Assembly (NCBI GenBank): GCA_964016885.1
Contig: OZ024744.1
Location: 8,990,001-9,054,000 of the forward strand
Reading direction: 5' to 3'
From: Eledone cirrhosa
Lineage: Eukaryota
DNA: 64,000 nt
Both the position numbers and the translations under genes were made by a program. Under the pieces are notes generated by a model that was not told where the DNA came from, searched no databases, and saw only the letters and a list, made by a program, of their open reading frames with translations. Shown here piece by piece: positions 13,099-25,567 of the stretch (the stretch's first letter is position 1; each line of letters opens with the position of its first letter).

Positions 13099-13602
13099 TT
13101 ATCTATTCCAAGTAATCCAACTTATTTTACTAATGGGATAAAAAAATTATAATCCGTACGCAGTCCCGCACTCCTTACTTTATTATAGTTAAGATTATCA
13201 ATCACAGATTTAGTAATTAAAGAAACGATTTAACAATGATTGTCCGGTCAACGAAACAGCCAGCCCATGAATTTAGCATTTCAAAGACATGTATCCGTAA
13301 AATAACTTTCATTGAGGTTTAATATGACACAATGTATCGTTAGATTGGCCCTTTGAATTACCGTCGACCTGTTGGGGTTTGCAACTGTTTTCATTCTATT
13401 GAGTTTTACTCCCCAATTTTGCTCAACCAATGGATATGGTAAATGACACTTTTCTAAGATGCCATGAAGTGGGATCGAAGAGAAAAAGACGTGATAATCA
13501 TGACTGGATTGTCAATGATCATAGGTCGACAAAGACGGGGGCGACCTAGGGTTAACCAACAATATAGTATATTAAATTAAACCGTAAAAAAAATCACTTG
13601 GG

Positions 13603-13772
13603 TTCTTCTTCTTCTTCTTCTTCTTCTTCTTCTTCTTCTTCTTCTTCTTCTTCTTCTTCTTCTCCTCCCCCTCCTCTTATCCCCCCTCCTCCCCCTCCTC
13701 ATCCTCCTCTTATTCTTCTTATTCTTCTTTTTTCCATCCTCCTCCTCCTTCTCCTTCTTCTTCTTCGTCTTC
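13603..13772. repeat. (CTT)n/(CCT)n microsatellite
   Basis: Read directly from the sequence. Confidence 0.9.
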
Positions 13773-14490
13773 ACCATTCTCTCTCTTCTTTCTGGGAATG
13801 TTGTTGAGGGTCAGAGTCTTCAAGCAGTCATCTCACAATGTGGCCACCTAGGAGAGCTTCCTTGGAGTGTCCCCTCATCTCCGAAGCTATACACACTTCC
13901 CAGTAACGTTACTCCAAAGACATGTCCAGGAACCTCCCCATTTCGGTTTCTAGTATTCGCCAGCGCATTTCGTCAGTGATTACGTGATTACGGGATTACA
14001 GGATCCCTAATCTTTCGGGGTTGTATCTCAGAAGTGTATTTTTGTGGTGATCGTGTTTGGATTAATGATATAGATCTCTCAGTTCTAAAATGAAAAGAAA
14101 TTTGAAAAAGTATGCCGTCCCCCAGGGAAACACCTTCTCTATTCTGTCCGCCGGAGGCCACCAATATGATTGACTGACTTGTTATTTTATCAGTCAGATG
14201 CTTCTAGACCCGTCATAACAAATTACCTGAAAATTGGTATGATTTGGTGTATTCCCCTCTTCTTATTAATATCTGCTGGGCAGCTGCTCCCCCCCCCCAT
14301 GATATGCTTAAACCCTTACACTGTAAAGTCGTGAAGGGTCAGAAACATTAATGTCATAATAAACACAACGCACAACGCTGTCCAGCAATATGGGGGGCGG
14401 GCTTCAAAAACCTAACCTCTTGGCTGCATGTCTTCACATAACATGGCCATAAGTTGTGTACACAAAACTCTGATAACAATCTGTTATATA

Positions 14491-14600
14491 ATTGTTTCTA
14501 CTATTGGCACAAGGCCAGCTATTACCCAGTACATTACTGGTACTTTATTTTATCGACCCCGTAAGGATGAAAGGCAAAGTTAACCTCGGCGGGATTTGAA
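14491..14600 (-). mobile_element. Main-family SINE, 5'-truncated
   Basis: Same body and tail as 12306-12485. Confidence 0.85.
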
Positions 14601-14739
14601 ACATTTATAAAACATCTTTTGATAATCATTTCAAATAATATATTGAGAAGACATCTAAATATGTCGCTAGATATTATATTAACATTTCGTTACCATGTCG
14701 CATCACTGCCTCATTTAATGTACCGTGATATGTATATGT

Positions 14740-14780
14740 TACTACTGCTGCTACTACTATTACTATTGCTGCTCTTGCTG

Positions 14781-14830
<50 letters not shown>

Positions 14831-14837
14831 GCTACTA

Positions 14838-14875
<38 letters not shown>

Positions 14876-14930
14876 ACTACTACTACTACTACTACTACTA
14901 TTACTACTACTACTACTACTGCTGCTGCTG

Positions 14931-14971
<41 letters not shown>

Positions 14972-15048
14972 ACTACTACTACTACTACTACTACTATTAC
15001 TACTACTACTACTGCTGCTGCTGCTAATGTTACTACTACTACTAATAA
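14740..15048. repeat. (CTA)n/(CTG)n compound microsatellite
   Basis: Gives the poly-L, poly-S and poly-Y pseudo-ORFs. Confidence 0.95.
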
Positions 15049-15049
15049 T

Positions 15050-16275
15050 TGTTTCATTTATTGGCAACAAGGGCCGATATTTAGGGGACAAAACAATAGA
15101 CAGGGATAGGGGGGGGGGATAACATATATAAGTGTATAAATATAAAAAACAAGAAAAATACAACAATGAAAAATTTCCCAGGGTTGACTCAGGTACCCCA
15201 CCAATCCTGAACCACCCGACACTTCGAGAGGACCCGGGAAGAGCACCCCTCTCCTCCTCAAATTTACCCACCTACAAGTGCACGATCAGAATAGGCCCAC
15301 TCACACGGGCCATTATCGCCAGACTCACCCACCTTTCAGCAAATGTACTGAGGGAGGGGTGAGCAGCACTTCTCTCTCCACCCTCACCTTCCTTTCCAAG
15401 TGAAACTTCAAGAAGTTGATGAAGGATTGACTGAAGAGAAAAGTGTCTGTCTTCAGTCCTTTCAACATGATCCACCATACAACCTATTTCGCTACTGCCA
15501 CCAGACAGAGGAAAATTGCCTGCCCTTCCTGGCCAAAAGAAGGTGGCGGGTTGATCTTCATTATGGACTCGGCTGATAGCTGGATCGGTCCTACATGCAG
15601 CAACAGCTGTTCGACATAACTCCACAAGTCAGTAATACACGGACACTGAACGAGTGCGTGCAGAACGGTTTCGTCGCTCTGCGCACATCTCGGGCATGTC
15701 CGTCTGACAGCACTTCCGTGCTTGTAGAGTTTATCCCGAACCGGCAATGCCCCCGGTAGCACTGCCAAGGGAGGGATTTTTGGAAATTATCCATAGTCCC
15801 CGGCTCGAAAGTCCTCCGGAACAGAATGGTCAGTTCGACTTTGTCGACGCCCAGAACCTCTCTGAGTGCTTCATCGCACTTGCCCACCACTAATCCTCTA
15901 TAGAACTCGAGAGTGGAAGTTCCACTGACAGCATTGCCCTGGGTAGAGGGCAGTCAGTGCCTGGCAACATTCCAGATGCCAGTCACCCAGTATTGGTCTC
16001 TTCTTGACCCAAGACTGCATCTTACTCATCTGAAGGTCCCGTGGCCTCAGCGCATGTTTGCACCTCATCCGTAACGGCTCCCCAACCCTCCGCAGAGAGG
16101 TTGCTTGCTGGTGGACTACCTCTACAATGGAAACTGTCCCTTCCACAAATCGCTCCAATTTGGTCAGGTGCGAACGAGGTCAAGGCACGCTGGTCACGGG
16201 CAGTGAAGACCTCAAATCTGAGTAGCATTCTGCCAGTCAGCCGAACTGACAACAGGCACGCATGATCGCCTTCGA
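15050..16275 (-). mobile_element. Tx1/L1-like LINE 3' fragment
   Basis: LPVRDKLYKHG...CPRCAQSDETVLHALVQC; homologous to ~62400-63500. Confidence 0.85.
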
Positions 16276-16375
16276 GTCAAAAACATATTTTTCTTCTCCG
16301 CTTTTCTGTTTATAGTAACTTAGAATGTATTTGCCATCATTCATTTGTTATATAACTACAATGCAATATACGCAT

Positions 16376-16445
16376 ATACACCTGATGATGTCACCAGGTT
16401 ACGTAGTAACCTGGCCATTGAAATGTACATAATGATTCCAGAAAT
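16376..16445 (+). ncRNA. HHR-like motif with weak stem I
   Basis: CTGATGA, then a ccaggttac/gtaacctgg stem, then GAAA-tgtac-ATA with palindromic atgtacat stem III. Confidence 0.55.
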
Positions 16446-16515
16446 AAATATTCGAAGGAATTTCACCTGTCCGGCCGCCTGACATTTTATGCTATAATAT
16501 ATATATATTTATATA

Positions 16516-18440
16516 CTAGCAGAAGTGTCCGGCGTTGCTCGGAGTTTAATTGCTTTAGTCGCTGCGGTGGAGGCAGCATTTTTGCTTCGTCGTCGAGAAT
16601 GTTGTTCATCAGTTTGCGTTGCACGTGCAACTGCAGTTAGAAATGCATTCCCGGAAAGGCGGTGCTCCTCTGTTCTTCTGTCTCGGTTGACCGGGTAATT
16701 GCATTTCGAGTTGCATTTTGTGACAACCGAGTCAATTTCTCGACGGACGACTCTGTAGCCCTTCTTCGTTTGGCAGCAGAAATAGCTTTAGTTTAGCGAC
16801 TAAGCCGTGGTCTTTTTTTTTGGGGGGGGGGGGGGGTCATGACCGTAGTGTCAAATTATGTGTGGTAGCGAAAATGTTCAATTGAACAGTGAATAAGTGT
16901 AAAGTGAGTACTATGTTGTAGCAGGACCGAACACGGAAATATGTACACAGGTAATGGAGCAAGAAAGGGGGGGGGGGGGTAGCGAAAATGTTCAATTGAA
17001 CAGTGAATAAGTGGAAAGTGAGTACTAAGTAAGCTGTATGAAGAATGCACGTCAAATAGTAGGTCAAAGCTGTAAGCCAAGCCCGTCTGAGTTATAGCAG
17101 ATAAGAGCGTAAACAGGGGCGATAATTTGGAGCACACTGGAAAATAAATCATCAAAATCGGACGTTCCTGAAAAAAGTTTTCTCATTATTTTTTTGTCTC
17201 ATATTGCTAAAAACAAAGAAAAAAAATTACAAAGAGGACAACAATAAAATATAATGTCTTTGTTGAGATTCAAGTAACTAAATGCTTAAGCGTCGTTATG
17301 ACTACGTTTGTTGTATAAATTCATCTGTTGCTTTTCAATATTTGTTATTTGATGTAAAATGTAATGGTGTAAATGTAATGGTGAGAGAGGAGCATGTATT
17401 TAGTTTTATCGGCTTTTTAAGTTTTGTTATTTGATGTATGAGCGTCGTTATGACTATGTTTGTTGTATAAATTGACGTGTTGCTTAGTTTTCAAAGTTTA
17501 TTTCGCGTTCCTGAACGAAGTTTTGTCGCTCTTGTAAACTGTAATGGTGATAGGGTAGTAGAGGGAGGCATTACCTTTTAAAGAGAGTTGCAGATGAGAT
17601 TGAGATGAGAGTAGAGGGAGGGATTAACCTTTTAAAGAGAGGTGCAGAGGAGATTGAGAGGGGAGTAGAAGGAGGGATTACCTTTTAAAGAGAGGTGCAG
17701 AAGAGATTGAGAGGGGAGTAGAGGGAGGGATTAACCTTTTAAAGAGAGGTGCAGAGGAGATTGAGAGGGGAGTAGAGGGAGGGATTACCTTTTAAAGAGA
17801 GTTGCAGAGGAGATTGAGAGGGGAGTAGAGGGAGGGATGAACCTTTTAAAGAGAGTTGCAGAGGAGATTGAGAGGAGAGTAGGGGGAGGGATTAACCTTT
17901 TAAAGAGAGGTGCAGAGGAGATTGAAAGGGGAGTAGAGGGAGGGATGAACCTTTTAAAGAGAGTTGCAGAGGAGATTGAGAGAGGAGTAGAGGAAGGGAT
18001 GAACCTTTTAAAGAGAGGTGCAGAGGAGATTGAGAGGGGAGTAGAGGGAGGGATGAACCTTTTAAAGAGAGGTGCAGAGGAGATTGAGAGAGGAGTAGAG
18101 GAAGGGATGAACCTTTTAAAGAGAGGTGCAGAGGAGATTGAGAGGGGAGTAGAGGGAGGGATGAACCTTTTAAAGAGAGGTGCAACATGTATGAAAGTTC
18201 GTCGATCTTTAATGGTAGTAGAGAGAGGGGTTAAGCGTGTAAGAGAGGGTTACAGCATATATTTAGCCTTATCGATGTTTTTCATAGAAGCAGGAAATAT
18301 TTGGCAAAGTGTATTACACGTTGACCATCGTTGGTAAATTTGGAGCATATTGCAAAAAAAAATCATGAAAATCGGTAGAGAAATGTGGAAATGGATAAAA
18401 ATCATACACACATACAGACATCTTCCGTTTTATATATATA
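16516..18440 (-). mobile_element. Helitron-like element (non-autonomous or deleted)
   Basis: 3' end ccgagcaacgccgg hairpin then CTAG|T; 5' tataaaa plus microsatellite; a residual AKRRRATESSVEKLTRLSQNATRN..TETEEQR peptide resembles Helitron ORF N-termini. Confidence 0.7.
17555..18185. repeat. 54-bp purine-rich minisatellite, ~12 copies
   Basis: ccttttaaagagag recurs every 53-54 nt. Confidence 0.95.
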
Positions 18441-19503
18441 CTAGCATTAAAGACCGGCGTTGCTCGGGGTCAGTAAGTTACCAAAGTTAGGTTGCACCAC
18501 CAATTTTATGGCAGCACTTTTTTGTCTGCCAGGCACTGGTGAATGAATTGCAGACCTGGACTGCCGAAGCAGGAGCTGCGCCAGCAGTGACAATTGTAGT
18601 TTCGCCTATGGATATTATCTCTGTGCAAAGAAGTGTTGAAATTTATTGTTTCACAGTACTTGCGCAACACGCGCGTAGACGATGCCAGCCGAACAACAGA
18701 GCTGCGATTTAGTTGTTTGCATGGTTGTCTAATGTGTGTTTTCTAAATTTAAGACAGTAGGGGGGGGGTGATATGGGGGAGAGTTAGCTGCTGTTTCTAG
18801 CAGGTTTAGTGACCTCATAAAGGGTATGTTTTCTAAATTTAAGACAGTATGGAGTGGTGTGATATGGGGGAGAGTTAGCTGCTGTTTCTAGCAGGTTTAG
18901 TGACCTCATAAAGGGTATGTTTTCTAAATTTAAGACAGTATGGAGTGGTGTGATATGGGGGAGAGTTAGCTGCTGTTTCTAGCAGGTTTAGTGACCTTAT
19001 AGAGGATATTATTGTGTATAGTAAATGATCTGATGCTTCTTTCTTCCACGTTCGTTGATAGATGTTTTAAAAAAGATTTATCGTTATTTTTTTGTTGTTG
19101 AATAAATTTATCTGTTGCTTTTGGATAATTGTTGTTTCGTATGAAATGTAATAAGTTCTCTTTGTCATTGAAGTAAATAAATATTTGACCTTTCCACACT
19201 CAAAAACAAACGTTCTCTCTCTCTCTCCCTCTCACTCTCTCTTCTCTCTCTCTTAAAGTTTAGGGGGAGTAGAGAGAGGTAATCTGATTGTATTAGAGGA
19301 GTAAAGCGTCATGTATTTAGTTTTATCGATTATTTCCGTAATTGTGGATGAGTGTGAATGAAATAAATAGTCGTTAACCTAAGTTAGACCATTTACAACA
19401 TTCTTACAGACTTTGAGTTGGATCGGTTTGAAATTGTGCAAATGTATAAACATGGGACATGCACACACACACACAACAACAATCTGCCTTTTATAGATAA
19501 TGA
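18441..19503 (-). mobile_element. Second Helitron-like element, head-to-tail with the first
   Basis: 5' A|TC..tataaaaggcag plus (TG)n; 3' ccgagcaacgccgg hairpin then CTAG. Confidence 0.7.
18737..18999. repeat. 90-91 bp tandem repeat x3
   Basis: ttctaaatttaagacagta occurs at 18741, 18831 and 18922. Confidence 0.9.
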
Positions 19504-19539
19504 TATATATATATATATATGTAAATAAACCCCCCCCCC

Positions 19540-19580
<41 letters not shown>

Positions 19581-19619
19581 AAATAATATATGTATGTAAA
19601 TAAACACACACACCCACGC

Positions 19620-19715
<96 letters not shown>

Positions 19716-19790
19716 TTATTTACATACATACGGGATACTTCCTGCATCTCAATTTCTGAATAACTTGCCACAACGAACATTACTCCCACT

Positions 19791-20625
19791 CTAGTTTTGA
19801 TGAGCTTTCAAATCACGTCGGCGTTCATCGAGGTATACAGTTTTCAACCCTCCTGATAGAAAAACATGCCAAAGGGTCCATAATAAACAACATGTTGTAC
19901 ATTTGCTTCTCATGTGAAATCTAAGACCAGCTTTATTGACACAAACCCGGCCACACTCATTTCGCGCAGCTGAAGATCCATGTAAATTAATGTAATGCAA
20001 ACCTTTACGTAGCCCTCTGCTTTAAATACTGTTTTTCCCCAAGATGATCTATCTAAGACAATGTCTTTCCGGTTATCTTCTCTGATTTTTTACTTCATCA
20101 GAACTCCTCTGATACAGTCTTTATACCTGAGTTTTGGTTTATGTCATGGCCGTTTGTCTTTGACTAACTCCCCATACAGTAACTGTTTAGGAATACAATG
20201 ATCTGACATTATTGAAGCATGGCCACGTCAACGCAATACTTTCAAAATAACTTCGTTCAAGCACTTCAAAATCCCACAGCGACACCAGAGACGCCCATCT
20301 AATCTATCAAAATAATTACTTGCTTACTTTAGTCGTAACGGGATTTCCTCATTAAATCTGTTTGTCATGTTAGCTGTTCTGCCTAAAAATACAAAAGTAT
20401 CCACAACCTTCAATAATTTGCCATATACATAACAGCTAGTCTCAGTGAAATCCTTACCTGGAACAAGTTGATACATGGCAATTGTCTTGGGTAGACTGCT
20501 TGTCAGATCTAATGTGCTGCATACCTCTGAAAACAATCTATCAGGTGCTGCATGTCTCTCTCAGAGTGAGTAACAAAATCACAATCATCTGTATACACAC
20601 ATTCATGTATTAAAGAAGTAACACC
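19791..20625 (-). mobile_element. Decayed RTE/BovB-like LINE 3' fragment
   Basis: LKVVDTFVFLG, a QLLYGEL..KRP-like segment, and a terminal CGRVC...GLRFHMR zinc finger. Confidence 0.65.
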
Positions 20626-21140
20626 TTTATTTGGGGAGCAAAGTGTCTGTTATTAAACAACTTGATATAAATTCCACGAGTGCAGACCTCCTCAAATACT
20701 ACAAGAAAAACGACAGAGATATACAATGGAAACAGAGTAGGTGCTGGTATATTTTCATTAAGCCTATCTTAATGTTTCTTATCAACGAAAGCAGGAAAAG
20801 ATGCCGAAATACGATAACCTAACGTCTTGAAATCTTTCCATGGGTCACTTCAGTGTATATCCTTTAAGTTAACAGTTTGAAATAGGTATTCTTTGCAGGC
20901 TAACGCAACGTAGTTTTCATCAATGCAATGTAGTTTTCATCAATGCAATGTAGATCTCATTTCATATAGTTGCTATAATTAAATTATCTTGCAGATGTCT
21001 GCTACATAATCCGTTTCAAGACGTTGCGAACTATACCCGATTTCCTCAACTATTATTTACAGTGATTGGGTATTATTATGCTAATTTTGCATTGTTACAC
21101 ATATAATTATGAACCCTAATATGCATATTATATATATATA

Positions 21141-22020
21141 TAGAAAAGATGAATATAAAATGAAAGTGCTTTTATAAAGGAATTTATTAGGTATTGACAT
21201 ATATTTCTGTAACAGACGGAATACCTATGTATCGCTGCTTGCGTAATCATATAATGTTACCAAGTATTCGATAGCAAATGTATAATCAGTTGTCACTTCT
21301 TCAGAGATATTGGATAAATTTGAAAAAATCAGAAAAATTGAAGTATTTATATTAGTTGTAAGAAAGGAAGAAGAGAGGGGATAGTATATGACAGATGGCA
21401 ATTCAATTTACTGGTAAACAAGTATATAGAAGGTTTCTAATGAGAATACAATGAGTATATGGCTTATTTTATCTAAATAAGAATTTTTGGGAGTGCCTAT
21501 TTTAATCTATACTTGACCAATTGAACAATGGACAGGGCTAGTATAGATTAAAATAGGCACTCCCAAAAATTCTTATTTAGATAAAATAAGCCATATACTC
21601 ATTGTATTCTCATTAAAAACCTTCTATATACTTGTTTACCAGTAAATTGAATTGCCATCTGTCATATACTATCCCCTCTCTTCTTCCTTTCTTACAACTA
21701 ATATAAATACTTCAATTTTTCTGATTTTTTCAAATTTATCCAATATCTCTGAAGAAGTGACAACTGATTATACATTTGCTATCGAATACTTGCTAACATT
21801 ATATGATTACGCAAGCAGCGATACATAGGTATTCCGTCTGTTACAGAAACATATGTCAATACCTAATAAATTCCTTTATAAAAGCACTTTCATTTTATAT
21901 TCATCATTTCTACATTTTCTCCGGAATATAATTTATACTCGTTGAGCAAACCTACACGTACGCTGTTCATCTCTAACGTGACGATATATTATCACCACAT
22001 TATTGATAACCTGAAATTTT
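21141..22020. mobile_element. Inverted PLE-type pLTR pair (373-bp arms)
   Basis: 21141-21513 is a near-perfect reverse complement of 21540-21912; flanked by (TA)n; carries an HHR. Confidence 0.85.
21745..21861 (+). ncRNA. Type-I HHR with large stem-II insert
   Basis: tat(c)t-CTGAAGA-a-gtgaca...tgttac-a-GAAAC-atat-GTC-aata. Confidence 0.75.
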
Positions 22021-22108
22021 ATATATATATATACGAAGGAAGTGTGGTAAGGAACCAGATGGACCATAACGCACCAGAGTACACGGTATTAGGGTAGTAG
22101 AGTGGATA

Positions 22109-22208
22109 ATAGGGAAATGTTGAAGACCCCCGACGGCAGAGCTGGAGTCAAGAAATAGCCGTCGAAACGGCTTGATCTCTGTCGTCGGGGTCTTGAACAT
22201 TTTCCTAT
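22109..22208. repeat. Hairpin containing the 3' half of an HHR
   Basis: Arms tagggaaatgtt..ccccgacggcagag / ctctgtcgtcggggtc..aacattttccta; same family as 24654-24771. Confidence 0.7.
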
Positions 22209-22240
22209 ATATATATATATATATATATTTAATATAGATG

Positions 22241-22291
22241 AGATTCTACAGGACTAGAACTGTTTCATTCTTTAGAAATCATCAGGAATCT
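22241..22291 (-). ncRNA. Intact type-I hammerhead ribozyme
   Basis: agattc-CTGATGA-t-ttc taaa gaa-t-GAAAC-ag ttctagtc ct-GTA-gaatct. Confidence 0.85.
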
Positions 22292-22714
22292 GGGTATCAA
22301 AAAATAAATATGGTATTTATAGGTCTCTTCAGGTGGTAGGAGAGGGTAGGGAGGGGGATGGGTAGAGGTCATTGGTTGATAGAAAAGGGAAATTCTTTAA
22401 AAGCTAATTCTTTAAGGTAGTGACAAAGGCCTAGAGAATTCTATAGACCAGTTAAAAATATTGAGTGTATATCATACGATTATCTTCAAATTTCTCTTAA
22501 ACTATATTCCAAAAGTCAACAGACACATTCACAAACCCACACACTCACACACACACTCACACACACACTCGCGCGCACCCCCCCCCCCTCCACACACACA
22601 TATATACATATATATATATGTATATATATATGTATGTGGGGGGGGGCGAGTGTGTGTGTGAGTGTGTGTGTGAGTGTGTGGGTTTGTGAATGTGTCTGTT
22701 GACTTTTGATACCC

Positions 22715-22765
22715 AGATTCCTGATGATTTCTAAAGAATGAATCAGTTCTAGTCCTGTAGAATCT
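22715..22765 (+). ncRNA. Inverted copy of the 22241 HHR with GAAAC changed to GAATC
   Basis: Otherwise identical sequence; a third decayed copy lies at ~37068-37113. Confidence 0.7.
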
Positions 22766-22847
22766 CATCTATATTAAAACTTTTATACTCTGCTATGTAT
22801 TGAATACCTTACTTACTGTGGTTACCTCCGATTCAACCCGGAATAAC

Positions 22848-22923
<76 letters not shown>

Positions 22924-23066
22924 AGTATATGTTGGTTGTATACCAACACCTCAGTATGCAGGCTGGAGCACTCGACGAAGCGCGCAGGTTGGTTTGGTTA
23001 CTCCGGAGTAATGTAAAATAAAGTTAAATAAAAAGTCAAATGTTTAAAATTTAGCTTCGTTTATTG

Positions 23067-23119
23067 CTGCTATATATATTTCAGTGACAGCCACCTTTGG
23101 CTGTGACCTCTTCAGGCAG
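23067..23119 (-). ncRNA. Intact minimal type-I HHR
   Basis: ctgc-CTGAAGA-ggtc acagcca aagg tggctgt cact-GAAA-tatat-ATA-gcag; lies between 46-bp inverted repeats at 23013-23058 and 23222-23267. Confidence 0.85.
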
Positions 23120-23259
23120 TCCGAATTAGTGTGGTAGTGACAAGTACATATGTTGTTGAGGTGTCTAATTTTGTCAATACTCTATGCCCAGTTCCTGGGT
23201 TGTTATTTCACTGAGGAACTGGAAGCTAAATTTTAAACATTTGACTTTTTATTTAACTT

Positions 23260-23332
<73 letters not shown>

Positions 23333-23364
23333 CATATATATACACACACATATATATATATATA

Positions 23365-23913
23365 TTAGCTGAATTACCCGCATCTTGCTGCGTTTCACAC
23401 ATTTTTTTTTTTGTAATATATCAAATCAAAATAACATTATTAAATCTTATTCTTATTTTGTTTGTTGTAAATAATTTTTTTCAAAATAACAATTCAAAAC
23501 TTTTGTAAATAGGCATCATATCTTGACATTTACCTATGGTTTAAATTTCATATAATAGGAAGGAAAAATATTTTCAACGGGGGTTTGTGCCTCCGGAGAA
23601 CCCTAATAGGATGTCTTAATATTATTGAAATTTGCTGAAATTCTGTGAATAGGCATCATATCATATCATTTACCTATTATTTACATTTCATATAAATCCA
23701 AGGGAAAATACTTCAGCGTGGGTTTGAGCCTCCGGGGAACGCTTTGATTAAAATGAAATATACATAAGAAATCAAATGGGCCTGAGCCCCACACATGTGT
23801 CAAGTTTCATCAAGATCGGTTTGGTAGTTTTTGAGTTTTAGGTTCACAAACAAATCCACTAAAAAAACACACACACACACATAGAGACAGAAATTGCCAT
23901 TTATGTATATAGA
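23365..23913 (-). mobile_element. Helitron-like non-autonomous element
   Basis: 5' TC.tatacataaa plus (TG)n; 3' cgcagcaagatgcg hairpin near a degenerate CTAG; internal ~140-bp duplication. Confidence 0.55.
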
Positions 23914-23949
23914 ATATATGTATACATAGAGAATCACAAACATTTATTT

Positions 23950-24460
23950 ACAATAGTTTATAACTTTTCCTATTGATCCGTGTGGTGAGCAAATGGGGTC
24001 CCACGTGCTGGCCTACCCACAGTCCCGGCTGACAGGGTGGAGAAGGCGTTTCCCCGGAGGATGGTAAGGGAGATGCGCTGGAAGAGCCATTCCAACAGCG
24101 AGGCTCACACCTGCGGCTGGTTAGCTCAGCGCCTATGGTGGTGAATAGAGAGGTAGCCCTAGGGCCAAGGACACCAGAAGTCTCCACTGCCAAGGGCACG
24201 ACCGCGAACCTGTCGGAGCGTGACCGGTACTTGGAGAGTTTGGCCTCGTCAGCCTAAAGTCCAGCAGTACCTGGGTCAGTCACATACTGCACCAGGTTGC
24301 ATCTGGAGAAAGTGTCACTGCAAGTGGCATTCGAGACGAGGGGTTTGCCACCTCGGAACGGGAAGATGGTCATGCCATCTGGCCTTTTGCCGTCCCTCGG
24401 TCCAGCCCCACCGGCTCGAGTTGGAAGTGGAAGTCTGCAGCGTTCAAGCCATCTCTCTCA
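23950..24460 (-). mobile_element. CRE-like RLE LINE 3' fragment
   Basis: RPDGMTIFPF..GKPLV..ATCSDTF...KYR...VPLAVETSGVLG. Confidence 0.7.
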
Positions 24461-24537
24461 GCTTATACTCTCTTCACACTGGTTGTCTAAAAAATCCGTT
24501 AAATGAAAACACATTCTCCTGTGTTTTTCCTCTCTAT

Positions 24538-24578
<41 letters not shown>

Positions 24579-24653
24579 CAAAGAATCGTGGTAAGGAACC
24601 AGATGGACAATAACGCACCAGTGTACTCAATACTTAGGGTAGTAGAGTGGGAA

Positions 24654-24771
24654 ATAGGAAAAAGTATGATCCCGACGGCAGAGCTCAAGCCGTTTCGACG
24701 GCTATTTCTGGACTCAGAAATAGCCGTCGAAACGGCTTGAGCTCTGCCGTCGGGGTCATACTTTTTCCTAT
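24654..24771. repeat. 57-bp-arm palindrome built from an HHR 3' half
   Basis: Arms 24654-24710 and 24715-24771, loop gact; contains GAAAC-ggc..gcc-GTC. Confidence 0.85.
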
Positions 24772-25293
24772 ATATATATGTGTGTCTGTGTCTGTGTATG
24801 TGTGTTTGTGCGTGTGTATGTGTGTGTATCTGTGTGTGTGTGTGTCTGCGTGTGTGTCTGTATGTGTGTGCGTGTTTGGGTCTGTGGGGCATGGGTGTGC
24901 GTATAATTGTACTTCTTTCTTACCTCTTTCTATTTTCAGTTTTCATCATGCTGAACGTTATACAAAAGCGATGTTTTAAAATAGTATTAACCTTTAGGTT
25001 ATCCTCAATTCACACGTAAGCACAAAATATATGGTGTAGTATGATCTGCGGTAAATCCCAAGTAAGTGATGAACTGAAAACCGAAGCATGAAGTCACCTT
25101 TTATCTTATCATTGATCTTAACAACGTTTCACATTCAAAATATTTTATTACGGGGTCATGCGTTAACAAGTATTCTCTCTCAAACGCTTTTTTTTCACAA
25201 ATCCATACTTATAGATATGTGTGTGTATCTGTTTATGTATGTATGTATGTATGTATGTATGTATGTATGTATGTATGTATGTATGTATGTATG

Positions 25294-25327
<34 letters not shown>

Positions 25328-25399
25328 TGTATGTATGTATATAGGTATGTAACTATGTATTTATGTACGGAAGAATGAATGAATATATATATATATACA

Positions 25400-25449
<50 letters not shown>

Positions 25450-25522
25450 TACACACACACACATACACACACATACACACGCACACGCACACACGCACAC
25501 ACATACACACACGCACACCCAT

Positions 25523-25567
<45 letters not shown>

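Noticed and set aside
14300-14360. GAAAC-attaat-GTC half motif with an upstream stem
   Set aside because: There is no recognisable CUGANGA core; at best a relic.
14619-15271. Poly-L, poly-S and poly-Y ORFs
   Set aside because: They come from a trinucleotide microsatellite.
17555-18337. 54-bp array as a CRISPR array or repeat protein gene
   Set aside because: There are no unique spacers, the context is eukaryotic, and some units are 53 bp and break the frame.
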